Source: Escherichia phage NJ01. From it: a DNA stretch of 64,000 nt. Position numbers and translations under genes: made by a program. The notes beneath the pieces are model-generated. The model searched no databases, was not told where the DNA came from, and was given only the letters and a program-made list of their open reading frames with translations. Of this stretch, positions 18,898 to 28,608 are shown one piece after another. The stretch lies in the sequence record NC_018835.1. One strand, written 5' to 3'. The number at the start of each line of letters is the position of its first letter. The first letter of the stretch is position 1.

Positions 18898-21075
18898 ATG
18901 TCTAGAGAATTAATGCCCAAATCTGGTATAATGATGCCTCATGTAGTAGTAACCAGAGATGCGGCTGTTGTTGGTGTTTCTACGGTAGATGGTCAGGCAG
19001 GAGCTGTGAATCTGACTGATAAATATTTACAGAAAACTGACGCAGCTGCTACATACCAGACTAAAGTGGAAGGAGCATCTAAAGATTTTGTACTGGATTC
19101 GATTCAACCTATTATGTCTGGTGCTTTATTCAGAGCAGACCCTTGGGTTGTTAACGACACCCCTCTCCGTTCTACCGGAGCTAACGGTGTAGAGTCAGTG
19201 GATATGATGAAGGTTACTCCTGATAACTCAATTAAGATTGGCAGTTATGCTTCTTCTGTTCAAGGAGTAGAGATTCATTCTGCTGGTCGTCTTCAAGTAG
19301 TAGACCAGAACGACTCTGGTGTAGAAACTAAATATCCAGTATATTCTAAACGCTATCGTCCTGAGATTGAGGATCTGCCTTTCGCTGCAATTGGTTCTTA
19401 TGTCAAAGATTCAAAGGGCCGTACTATTGGTGTAAACCGTACCGGTATCAACTCTGATATCAAACAACTCACCCAAAAGGTCACTTTTACCCAACCTGTT
19501 ACTGTAGCAGATGCTGTAGGCGATTATGATGCAGTGACACTGAGACAGCTTCGTAATAGTGGTGGTGGTTCTGGTGGTCCTACTATGAGTGGTATCTCCA
19601 ACTTTGGTATTGGTGATTTCCATCTTCGTGATAGTCGTGCTTTCATCCCTGCATTCGAAGTTGTATCAGATGGTCAGCTACTGAATCGTGCTGATTACCC
19701 TGATCTTTGGGCTTATGCCCAGTTGTTAACCCCTATCACAGATGCTGCTTGGTTGGCTGATGCACAGCAACGAGGTAAATATTCAACTGGTGATGGTTCT
19801 ACTACCTTCCGTGTTCCTGATAGGAATGGTGTTCAGAGTGGCTCTCTGAAAGAACTCTTTGCTCGTGGTGATGGTGGTAATAGTAGTAATAATGGAATGG
19901 CTTATGATGCGGCACTTCCTAACATCGTAGGTTACACTGCCCACACTCTTTTAACTGCTGCGAGTAATCAAGGACAGGTTGCTACCGATGGAGCTTTTAC
20001 CTCTACAACCTCAACCTCAGGTGTTTGGCCTTTGTCTGGCGGTGGCGGTCTTTATACCAACATTCAGCTTAACGCTAACAACAGTGATGCTACTTATGGT
20101 CGCTACGGAATCACAGCGAATGCTATCCCTCGTAACTTCATTGGTGTTTGGACTATCCGTGCTCATGGTGGTTTTGTAGCAGCTAACACTTCTTGGTCTG
20201 TTATTAACAGTGATGCTTCAGAACAACCTTCAGGTACTCCTATTACTGGTGGATTGGTTTCTTCTAAGTATGTAGTTGGAGGTGTGGATAAGTATCGGTC
20301 TTCTATCCAGTTGATAGGGTCTAATGAAGTTGATTTATCAACTAGAATTACGACTATAAATGATAGATATTCCATCGGGGCTGCAACTTGGGATTTTAAG
20401 TTAGATGGTAAACTTGTTTTTAATAAAAGTTTAAATCCTACCGGAACAGGATACTCCCCTGCTAACACCTACGTAACTCTTGCTAATACTTGGCTGACTT
20501 CTCCCTATAGTGGATACGTTGGTTTTGTTGGTGGCGGTGTTGGAGTTTCTAACGGAGGTTGGAGAAACTTCATCTCTTTAGGGTCTTTGATTTTCCCTGA
20601 TTCAGCCCACCCTACTGCTATTATCTCTCAAGTGTATGATTACGATATGGCGACCGGGAACCAGCCTAATGGGGACATTGTTCGGAATACATCGTTCAAT
20701 GCTGAGAGCTATGATATCACTTTCGGGAACAACAGTGGGACTACTAATTACATCTTCAGTAAATCTCCAGTCTCTGACGAGCGTCTAAAACATAGCATCA
20801 AAGAGGAGGGGACAGCCACAGCTCTTTCTAACCTAAACAAGATGGAGTATAAAACCTTTATCTATAATTATGATGAGAAAGCAACTGTAAGGCGTGGATT
20901 TATTGCCCAGCAACTTGAAGCTATTGACCCTCAATATGTTAGGAAGTATAAAACCTTCAAAGGTACTGATACTCTAGCTTTAGATGAGAATGTGTTGCTT
21001 TTAGATGCAATTGCTGCTATCCAAGAGCTTTCTAAAAAGGTTGAGGCTTTAGAAGCAAAACTAGCAGAGAAGTAA
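18898..21075 (+). CDS. tail fiber / tailspike with C-terminal S74-like intramolecular chaperone domain
   Basis: C-terminal SDERLKHSIKEE...coiled-coil ending LEAKLAEK resembles self-cleaving chaperone domains of endosialidase and L-shaped tail fibers. Confidence 0.55.
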   Translation: MSRELMPKSGIMMPHVVVTRDAAVVGVSTVDGQAGAVNLTDKYLQKTDAAATYQTKVEGASKDFVLDSIQPIMSGALFRADPWVVNDTPLRSTGANGVESVDMMKVTPDNSIKIGSYASSVQGVEIHSAGRLQVVDQNDSGVETKYPVYSKRYRPEIEDLPFAAIGSYVKDSKGRTIGVNRTGINSDIKQLTQKVTFTQPVTVADAVGDYDAVTLRQLRNSGGGSGGPTMSGISNFGIGDFHLRDSRAFIPAFEVVSDGQLLNRADYPDLWAYAQLLTPITDAAWLADAQQRGKYSTGDGSTTFRVPDRNGVQSGSLKELFARGDGGNSSNNGMAYDAALPNIVGYTAHTLLTAASNQGQVATDGAFTSTTSTSGVWPLSGGGGLYTNIQLNANNSDATYGRYGITANAIPRNFIGVWTIRAHGGFVAANTSWSVINSDASEQPSGTPITGGLVSSKYVVGGVDKYRSSIQLIGSNEVDLSTRITTINDRYSIGAATWDFKLDGKLVFNKSLNPTGTGYSPANTYVTLANTWLTSPYSGYVGFVGGGVGVSNGGWRNFISLGSLIFPDSAHPTAIISQVYDYDMATGNQPNGDIVRNTSFNAESYDITFGNNSGTTNYIFSKSPVSDERLKHSIKEEGTATALSNLNKMEYKTFIYNYDEKATVRRGFIAQQLEAIDPQYVRKYKTFKGTDTLALDENVLLLDAIAAIQELSKKVEALEAKLAEK

Positions 21076-21079
21076 GATA

Positions 21080-21097
21080 AGCCCCTTCGGGGGCTTT
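21080..21097 (+). terminator. UUCG-tetraloop hairpin
   Basis: AGCCCC-TTCG-GGGGCT then TT. Confidence 0.3.
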
Positions 21098-21167
21098 AGT
21101 AGTAAGTACCCTTAGTAAGTAATGAAACTAATATATCCCAAGAGGTTAATATATAGGAGACACTCAA

Positions 21168-21386
21168 ATGAAAATGATGAAACAAGCTGCATACGGTTTA
21201 ATCTGTTTAGGTGCAGGTGTTGTGGTGTCAACCGCAGTTCCTGTAAGCGCAGTTCATCCATTAGTAACTGTCCCTGCTCCAGTAGAGAAGCTTAGCTCTC
21301 AATGTAAGCAGAGAACAATTCAAAATAACCTAGTTGTTATTTGTCCTGATGCTGAATCTAACGCTCTGAGAAAGATACTACCTTAA
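21168..21386 (+). CDS. small membrane/secreted protein (72 aa), possible holin
   Basis: N-terminal hydrophobic segment AAYGLICLGAGVVVSTAVPVSAV; immediately upstream of lysozyme. Confidence 0.35.
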   Translation: MKMMKQAAYGLICLGAGVVVSTAVPVSAVHPLVTVPAPVEKLSSQCKQRTIQNNLVVICPDAESNALRKILP

Positions 21387-21414
21387 TTTAAAGGGACCAC
21401 AAAGGAGGTTAGAA

Positions 21415-21906
21415 ATGGATAACGCCGCATTGCCACCTGTACAACTAAACTTAAGCCCAGCTGGAATGGAATTCATCATGAAGCATGAGGGTATGAGAAC
21501 CAAGGCTTATAAAGATTCCGCAGGTATCTGGACTATATGTGTAGGGGCTACGCGCGATATGAATGGTTATCCGGTTAGACAAGGATTAACGTATTCTATA
21601 GAGGATTGTCTAGCTCTGCTAGATAGAGACACACAAGACTCTGTTCGTGCTACTCAGAAGAACATAAAGGTTCCTTTACTAGTTCATGAGTTTGATGCAC
21701 TCACTTCTTTCAACTTCAATGTTGGCAGTGGTGCTTTGAGAACATCTAAGTTAAGGAAGGTTATCAATGGAGAAGTGAAAGGGGATGTTTATTCCGAATT
21801 TCTTCGTTGGGATAAAATAACGGTCAGGGGAGAAAAGCAGAGAAGTCAGGGTCTTCATAACAGAAGGGTTGCAGAAGCTGATCTTTACACTGAAGGTAAA
21901 TATTAA
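21415..21906 (+). CDS. lysozyme (GH24, T4-lysozyme-like muramidase)
   Basis: HEGMRTKAYKDSAGIWTICVGAT matches the catalytic-Glu / xAYxDxxGxxTIGxG signature. Confidence 0.75.
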   Translation: MDNAALPPVQLNLSPAGMEFIMKHEGMRTKAYKDSAGIWTICVGATRDMNGYPVRQGLTYSIEDCLALLDRDTQDSVRATQKNIKVPLLVHEFDALTSFNFNVGSGALRTSKLRKVINGEVKGDVYSEFLRWDKITVRGEKQRSQGLHNRRVAEADLYTEGKY

Positions 21907-21918
21907 TGGAGGTGCCTT

Positions 21919-22722
21919 TTGGCTATCGAAACTAATGCGGTAGTTATTACCGACTTAAACCCACTCTATCCTAGAGACAGGGATTACATCTACGAAGGGG
22001 CGGCTCAAATCCGCCTCATTAAACAAACACTACAGAATACATTCCCCAATGTTACAGAACCAGTTGATATAGATTCTGATACCTTTAAGATTATGTCAGA
22101 GAAGCTCAAGTTTACTGGCGATGCAATGGATGTTGGTGGTCTGATGATTAAGAACGTCACTCCGGGGACTGGTGACAGGGATGTTGTTACTAAAGGTCAG
22201 ATGGAAGCGTTCATGAAGAACTGGATGGAGAATAAGCTCTATCGAATTGGCTCTTACTATATCACTGAAGAAGATATTAACCCCGGTGACTCGATCTCCC
22301 TAGGGTTTGGTTCTTGGGCTAAAGTTACTGGTGTTATCATGGGTACTGGTGTTGTAAACCCTGATGGCTCTGTTCCTAATGCTCAGAGGGTTGAGTTCCA
22401 AGCAGGTGGTACTGGTGGTCGTGTCTTCAATACTATTCGTACAGAGAACGTACCTTTGATGACAGTTAATGGCTCCAGCTTCTCCTTATCCAGCAACACC
22501 CATAGTCACAACATGGTGTTTGGTCGTGGAGATGCTAGTGGTCATAACAGCTCGCCTAACTGGTACAGTCCGGGTGGTGGTTACAGTCAGAGAACAGAGA
22601 ATGATACACACTCTCATACAATCTCTGGTAGTGTGAGTCTTGGTCGTGATGACATTTCTCGTCAACCTATCAACACTTTGCCACCATTCAGATCGGCTCA
22701 CATTTGGAGACGTATTAGCTAA
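21919..22722 (+). CDS. tail fiber / receptor-binding-like protein (267 aa)
   Basis: Gly/Ser-rich C-terminus with HSH repeats (NTHSHNMVF, NDTHSHTIS); position among tail genes. Confidence 0.4.
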   Translation: MAIETNAVVITDLNPLYPRDRDYIYEGAAQIRLIKQTLQNTFPNVTEPVDIDSDTFKIMSEKLKFTGDAMDVGGLMIKNVTPGTGDRDVVTKGQMEAFMKNWMENKLYRIGSYYITEEDINPGDSISLGFGSWAKVTGVIMGTGVVNPDGSVPNAQRVEFQAGGTGGRVFNTIRTENVPLMTVNGSSFSLSSNTHSHNMVFGRGDASGHNSSPNWYSPGGGYSQRTENDTHSHTISGSVSLGRDDISRQPINTLPPFRSAHIWRRIS

Positions 22723-22731
22723 GGAGGAATT

Positions 22732-25700
22732 ATGGCGCTGTATCCAATAAAGTCACTAGGTGCTGTAGGCGTTATCGCTGATCAGGCTCCGACAGACTTA
22801 GCTCCTAATGCTTTCACTAATGCTATAAATGCTCGATTTGTTGAGCAGAGAGTATTTAAGACGGGGGGCAATGCCCCTCTTTCTTATGTAGATGAAGATA
22901 AGGATTTAACCCCTCTGTCTTTCGTTTCTATGCCTTTCGATTATTATAGCGCAGGTAATAGCTTTCTTGTTGTAGGTACGGATAAGAAGTTATATAAACT
23001 GACAGATGAAAGCTTGACTGACATTAGCCGTAAGGTTGCTACAGTCACTAAAAAGGCTTCTGCCTCAATTAAGATTTATCCAGTTGTTTCTCAGATTGTT
23101 CCAAAAGAATCAACTATTTCAATGAACTTCAATCAGACTAAGAATCTAGAAGTTTCTCTTCTTCCTGCTGATGCTAACAATACCGACCTTGTTTGGGAGG
23201 TTAGTAATTCATCTTATGGAAGTATTACAGTAGACCCTAGTGATTCTAAACTTGCTACTCTAACATCTTTTGAGAGAGAGGGTAATCTTGTAGTAACTAT
23301 CTCTACTGCTGATGATTCTGTAGTGGCTCAGATTGCTGTTAACATTATAGATGGTGATTCGGGAATCTTCTTGAGTCAAGACACTGTTACTATCCGTAAA
23401 GGAGGGACTACCACTCTTACAGCTGTTACTGGTAAAACTCCTGTAACTTGGTCCAGCAGCAATGCTTCTATTGTATCTGTAACCCCTAATGCTAATTCCC
23501 TAACTGCTGTTATTACTGCTAATGGTGAGGGCAATGTAACAATCACTGCTGATAACGGAACGAAAACTGCTTCTTGTGAGGTTGTTTCCATACCTCAGAT
23601 TGACAGTATCACCTTAAGTCAGTCAGATGTGATAGTTAGTAGAGGTTCTCAATACATTTTAACTGCTACCCTTTCTCCTGCTAACGCCCCTAATCAAAAC
23701 ATTACTTGGACTTCTTCTAATCCAAATATTGCAACAGTATCAGGGACCAGTACACAAGGGACGGTCAACGCCCTACTCGCTGGCTTTACTGAGATTACGG
23801 CTACCACTGAAGAAGGTAACAGAGTTGCTGTCTGTACTGTACGAGTAGACTTAGCTGGAAGGGCGATGAGAACAAGTGCTATGGCATTTGCTGCACCTGC
23901 ATCAGAACCAATTGAATCACAAGAGGAAGAAGTAGTAACTCCTCCTGAAAGTGAAGAGATGGTTTATTTTGCTGAGCCTACGTCTGGTATTGATACGTCA
24001 GGGATGTACGAAGGTAACAGCTTCTATGACTATTCTAACGTAAATGATATTGAAGGTTTTGCAAGAGCTTCTTTGTTCGCAACTCCTTTGTCATCCGTAA
24101 CCTTAGATGTTGTCAGCGCTTCTCTCGATGTTGGTGAGGAAATAGTTATCACAGCTACAGCTTCCCCAGAAGGTGATTATTCTTATCAGTGGTCTGTTGA
24201 TAAGACTGGTTATGTTTCTACAACTTCAGTTACTGGTAAATCTATCAAACTGGTTGCTCTTCGTAAAGGAGAGATTAATGTAACATGTACTGTCAGCCAA
24301 ATGACTCAGAAGGATTACGACGCTTTTGATGACTACCCTTGGTATCACGCTGTTATCTCTAACTGTGCAGTTGCTACAACTCACTATGAAACTCCTCAGG
24401 TAAAAGAATTCGAATCAGAATACTTTGTAGACCTTCCGGGATGGGGTGAGCAAACAGTTGTTGATAATGATGGAAACCCTTCAGTCAAGAAGTTTAACTG
24501 GAAATGTGAAAGAGTAAGATCTTTTAACAACCGTCTTTTTGCTCTGAATATGAGAGAGGCTAATGCTTCTGGTGTTACCACTAACTACCCACTTCGTCTT
24601 CGTTGGTCTAACTTTGCCAATGAGAACAAAGCTCCTACACTGTGGGATGACTTTGCCTACGATCGGGTTGTGTCTTCGGACTTGGCTTCTAACATCGTAG
24701 GACAGACTCAGGCTTTAGAAAATGGATATGCTGGTTACATTGACCTAGCGGACTCTAACGGCAGCTTAATTGATATCTTACCTCTTAAAGATTACTTGTT
24801 CGTTTATACAGAGTTTGAAACGTATATTGGTTCTCCGACTAATAACACATACCAACCTCTGATGTTCAAGAAACTCTTTAATGACTCTGGTATCCTTGCT
24901 CCTGAGTGTGTGGTTGAAGTAGAAGGTAGCCACTTCGTAGTTACTCAGAACGATGTAATCCTACACAATGGTGCAACCAAGAAGTCAATTGCATCTAACC
25001 GTGTTAAGAACATGCTGATTAATGAGGTGTGTCTGGTTAACCCTCTAGCAACTCGAGTACACTTGCATCAGGATAAGAAAGAAGTTTGGGTTCTCTATGT
25101 AGGTCCGGGAGAGCCGAAAGAAAGCTTCGCTTGCACTAAAGCTGCTGTATGGAACTACGAGTTTGATACTTGGTCTTTCCGTACTATCCCTTATGCTCAG
25201 TGTATCGGTCTGGTTGATCCTCCTGTTCTAGAGAGAGGTCCAATCTGGTCTGACTTCCAAGAGATCACTTGGGATGACCCATCTATCAAAGAACTCGTTT
25301 GGAGAAAGGATGCAACAAACTTTAGACAGAGGGTTACGATAGTAGGTTCGTTCTTGAGGGGATTCTACCAAGTGGATGTAGGTGCTCTTGATTATTTCTA
25401 TGACAGGTTAAATGATGTTGTTATAGAGAAGCCTCTGGAGATGAGGTTGGAGAGAACTGGTCTAGATTTTGATAATGTGACAAATGAGTGGAATCAGAAG
25501 CATATTAACAGATTCCGTCCTCAGACAACCGGCTCAGGCACTTATACCTTTGAAGCTGGAGGTAGTCAATTCTCAAATGAATATGGACACCCACACACAT
25601 CTAAGACTTATACAATCGGTGTTGACAGGCATGTCTCGGTGAGACTGAACCATCCATACCTTTTCTATAATGTTATAGATAATGATGTTAACAGTAATGC

Positions 25701-25749
25701 TGCTATCAATGGGTTAACGATAGAGTTTGCTGTTGGCGGACGGAGATAA
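22732..25749 (+). CDS. tail protein (1005 aa) with four tandem BIG2-like Ig domains
   Basis: Repeated about 80-aa units of BIG2 type (e.g. TLTAVTGKTPVTWSSSNASIVSV, ILTATLSPANAPNQNITWTSSNPNIATV). Confidence 0.5.
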   Translation: MALYPIKSLGAVGVIADQAPTDLAPNAFTNAINARFVEQRVFKTGGNAPLSYVDEDKDLTPLSFVSMPFDYYSAGNSFLVVGTDKKLYKLTDESLTDISRKVATVTKKASASIKIYPVVSQIVPKESTISMNFNQTKNLEVSLLPADANNTDLVWEVSNSSYGSITVDPSDSKLATLTSFEREGNLVVTISTADDSVVAQIAVNIIDGDSGIFLSQDTVTIRKGGTTTLTAVTGKTPVTWSSSNASIVSVTPNANSLTAVITANGEGNVTITADNGTKTASCEVVSIPQIDSITLSQSDVIVSRGSQYILTATLSPANAPNQNITWTSSNPNIATVSGTSTQGTVNALLAGFTEITATTEEGNRVAVCTVRVDLAGRAMRTSAMAFAAPASEPIESQEEEVVTPPESEEMVYFAEPTSGIDTSGMYEGNSFYDYSNVNDIEGFARASLFATPLSSVTLDVVSASLDVGEEIVITATASPEGDYSYQWSVDKTGYVSTTSVTGKSIKLVALRKGEINVTCTVSQMTQKDYDAFDDYPWYHAVISNCAVATTHYETPQVKEFESEYFVDLPGWGEQTVVDNDGNPSVKKFNWKCERVRSFNNRLFALNMREANASGVTTNYPLRLRWSNFANENKAPTLWDDFAYDRVVSSDLASNIVGQTQALENGYAGYIDLADSNGSLIDILPLKDYLFVYTEFETYIGSPTNNTYQPLMFKKLFNDSGILAPECVVEVEGSHFVVTQNDVILHNGATKKSIASNRVKNMLINEVCLVNPLATRVHLHQDKKEVWVLYVGPGEPKESFACTKAAVWNYEFDTWSFRTIPYAQCIGLVDPPVLERGPIWSDFQEITWDDPSIKELVWRKDATNFRQRVTIVGSFLRGFYQVDVGALDYFYDRLNDVVIEKPLEMRLERTGLDFDNVTNEWNQKHINRFRPQTTGSGTYTFEAGGSQFSNEYGHPHTSKTYTIGVDRHVSVRLNHPYLFYNVIDNDVNSNAAINGLTIEFAVGGRR

Positions 25750-25754
25750 CAACA

Positions 25755-25782
25755 AGGGGCTTCGTGCCCCTTTTATTGTTTT
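25755..25782 (+). terminator. rho-independent terminator
   Basis: GGGGC-TTCGT-GCCCC followed by TTTTATTGTTTT. Confidence 0.5.
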
Positions 25783-25792
25783 GGAGGAACTT

Positions 25793-26761
25793 ATGGGTGC
25801 AGGTGGTTTTCGTAAGAACACTGGTCGTAATAACACCACACTCCCGTACAACGTTGGGTTTCTCAATAATGTACAGGACACAGAAACATATAACGTAGCC
25901 GTATATGACGAGCTACAGAAAGTCAGTACAGCTACTAACCAAATGTTCCAAGCTATTGATGAGATTCACGATGAGATTGATGTTCGTATCAAAGCTCTTC
26001 ATGCGATGAATCTACAATTTGATGAGCTTGAGAACAGAATTACCACAGAGATTGAAACAGCTATCGCAGATATTATAACACAGATGGGGAATCTCTCCAC
26101 TGAAGATATTTGGGATAATTCTGTTCAACCTCCTGTAAAATTAGAAAGCACTGTATCTGGCTTTAAGACAAGTATTGAAGGTAACACAACTAAGATTCAA
26201 ACGGTAGAAGGGATTGTTAACGACCAAGGTCAAGAGATTGCTTTAGTTCAGACAGAGATTCAAAATATCAATGGAAGCCTCTCTCAGTATATGAAGCTTT
26301 CTGAGTATGAAGCTACTTGGGGTGTTAACTCTACGGTCAACGGAAGATACGCTGGGGTCAAGTTAACTAACAACGGAACAAACAGTCAATTCCAAGTAAC
26401 AGCTAACAAGTTTATTGTTGGTGATGGCAGCTCTGGTAATACCCCTTTTGTATTTGAAGGCGGAAGAGCTAGGATGGAATTCGCTGACATAAAGAACGTC
26501 AACATCACAACAGCTCAGATTGCCAACGCTAGAATTCAATGGGCACAGATTGATAACGTATCTATCTCCAATGCTCAAATTCAGAACTTATCAGCGGATA
26601 AAATCACTGCTGGTTCTATGTGGGGTTCTAACTGGAGACTTACTGTTGGGGGTGACTTTGTTATGGGTGGCACAGGTGGTTCTCAGTTGTGGATGAATGG
26701 TAATAGAATAGATTTTTATGATGGGAGTGGAACTCTTCGCATAAGAATAGGGAGTTGGTAA
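25793..26761 (+). CDS. tail-associated protein with coiled-coil region (start moved to ATG at 25793)
   Basis: Track ORF starts 25727 inside terminator; ATG at 25793 has GGAGGA RBS. Confidence 0.45.
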   Translation: MGAGGFRKNTGRNNTTLPYNVGFLNNVQDTETYNVAVYDELQKVSTATNQMFQAIDEIHDEIDVRIKALHAMNLQFDELENRITTEIETAIADIITQMGNLSTEDIWDNSVQPPVKLESTVSGFKTSIEGNTTKIQTVEGIVNDQGQEIALVQTEIQNINGSLSQYMKLSEYEATWGVNSTVNGRYAGVKLTNNGTNSQFQVTANKFIVGDGSSGNTPFVFEGGRARMEFADIKNVNITTAQIANARIQWAQIDNVSISNAQIQNLSADKITAGSMWGSNWRLTVGGDFVMGGTGGSQLWMNGNRIDFYDGSGTLRIRIGSW

Positions 26762-26762
26762 T

Positions 26763-27797
26763 ATGGCGTATGGAATATGGACAAGACCGGTCGGTCCGGG
26801 GCCAGCAGCACCTGCTGATATTTACATTGACAGTGGTAGCACATTCCCTCAGTTAAGAAACAGGGTCAGTGGTAATTTTTCTTTTAATGGTAACACATGT
26901 GATCTACCTATAAGCGGTTGGGATGGAAGTGGTCAGATAGTTGTAGTCCCAACAGGGTCTGTTGTTTGGGAGAGATACATACCTCCTAATGTAACATCTG
27001 ATGTGTATTGGCTAACGGATATATCTGTTATTAATAACTCAACCTTCAGAGTTACTATGGATTATAATGTAAACGGTTGGGTATTTGATATGGCTTTTAA
27101 TGTATATCAAATATGGCCTAGAGCTAACAGGAACTATGGAATCACATTCTCCAACTCTGCTGACTATTTCTCAATCTCTGATTCTGGAGTTGTTGGTCAA
27201 TGTATTTGGGCTTGGGAGGGTGACATAAATGGTGCTCTTCAAATACCAGATATTGGTGGTTTTGATATGAGCCGAGCAACTGTCTACGCGAATTGGAGTA
27301 ACGGCGGAGCAGGTCTGCTATACAACCCATCCAATAGGGTTGTTTATGTGTACCAGAACAGGTCTCATGATAATGGTAACACAAACCAAACAGGGTACAT
27401 TGGTGGTGTTAGGATTGCCGTCTTCTGTGATGGTTCGGGAGTACCAACCCACAATGGAGGTTTAAATATCTTTTCTCCAAATGGGTCTCAGTGTGTTTTT
27501 TCTACATATAGAACCCCTTTTAGTGTTGAGGGGTTTATGCCTATGAGTGGTGGTAACACATCTTTGGCCTATCCAATGATACCTCTATCTTATGGTGCTG
27601 GAGCAATAAGAGGTAAGGCTAGTGGTTGGTATTTTCAACACACAAGATCTCACATGATGAATGGCTCTTCTTTTGGTACAGGTTTCGGAAGGATGATTTA
27701 CTCTTGGAGTAGTCAATATGATTTAGGAGGGGGTGGTGCCCTCGGGTTAAGTATTCCAATATTAGATGCTAGAAAGATATTCAGGAGTATACAATAA
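26763..27797 (+). CDS. tail/structural protein (344 aa)
   Basis: ORF track; Gly/Asn/Ser-rich. Confidence 0.45.
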   Translation: MAYGIWTRPVGPGPAAPADIYIDSGSTFPQLRNRVSGNFSFNGNTCDLPISGWDGSGQIVVVPTGSVVWERYIPPNVTSDVYWLTDISVINNSTFRVTMDYNVNGWVFDMAFNVYQIWPRANRNYGITFSNSADYFSISDSGVVGQCIWAWEGDINGALQIPDIGGFDMSRATVYANWSNGGAGLLYNPSNRVVYVYQNRSHDNGNTNQTGYIGGVRIAVFCDGSGVPTHNGGLNIFSPNGSQCVFSTYRTPFSVEGFMPMSGGNTSLAYPMIPLSYGAGAIRGKASGWYFQHTRSHMMNGSSFGTGFGRMIYSWSSQYDLGGGGALGLSIPILDARKIFRSIQ

Positions 27798-27806
27798 GGA
27801 GATATT

Positions 27807-28589
27807 ATGGCAATTAGAATGGGTATCGAAGAACTAGACCCAATGGTACAGCAAGCTTCAAAGAAGTATGGGATTCCTGCTGCTTTGATTCATGCTGTAA
27901 TCCAAAGAGAGTCTAGTGGACGTCCTAAAGTAGCCTCTGGAACTGGTCCTGTAGGTCTAATGCAGATCAGTAAAGGGTTGGCTAAAGACTATGGATACAA
28001 ACTAGAAGATAGACTGGACCCAGCAAAGAATATTGACATGGGTGCTCGTTATATCAGAGATAACTTAAAAGCTTTTAATGGTGATATTAAGAAAGCAATG
28101 GTTGGTTACTCTGAAGGGACAGGGGGTGCTAGGCAGATGTTTGCTGGTAAGAAAGGGTTTACCCCTCAGGCTCTAGACTCAATGAACAATAAACATTTTC
28201 TTCCTTTTTACGGTGATGCAGCTTCTCAGATTGCTAACCCAATTGGGGCTTTACAAGCTGTTCAACCAGCCAATCAGTTTAATCCTGACCTGTTAGATAG
28301 AGAGAAGGCTGCACAAGCTCCCACTCAGGCAGAGATTGCTGCTTCTAAGACGGGTGCTTTAGGTGGTAATCCGGTAGAGTTTTACTCTGATGAAGTACAG
28401 GAGGGTGAAGACCAGAAGCCTCAACAGAACTTTGGTAATGCAGTATTAGGAGTAGCTGCTATGCTTGCTGGTAAACCTCCTACTTCTCAAACAGTTCAGA
28501 GGGCAAGTGCACCTCATGCAGCAGGTTCTCAGTACAGTCCACAAACACAAGCAGTGCTTAGACGTTTGGCTAGCATTGGTGTTAAGTAA
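27807..28589 (+). CDS. lytic transglycosylase (SLT domain), probably virion-associated
   Basis: IQRESSGRP...GLMQIS SLT catalytic motif. Confidence 0.65.
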   Translation: MAIRMGIEELDPMVQQASKKYGIPAALIHAVIQRESSGRPKVASGTGPVGLMQISKGLAKDYGYKLEDRLDPAKNIDMGARYIRDNLKAFNGDIKKAMVGYSEGTGGARQMFAGKKGFTPQALDSMNNKHFLPFYGDAASQIANPIGALQAVQPANQFNPDLLDREKAAQAPTQAEIAASKTGALGGNPVEFYSDEVQEGEDQKPQQNFGNAVLGVAAMLAGKPPTSQTVQRASAPHAAGSQYSPQTQAVLRRLASIGVK

Positions 28590-28608
28590 TAGTCATTAAG
28601 GAGGACTT

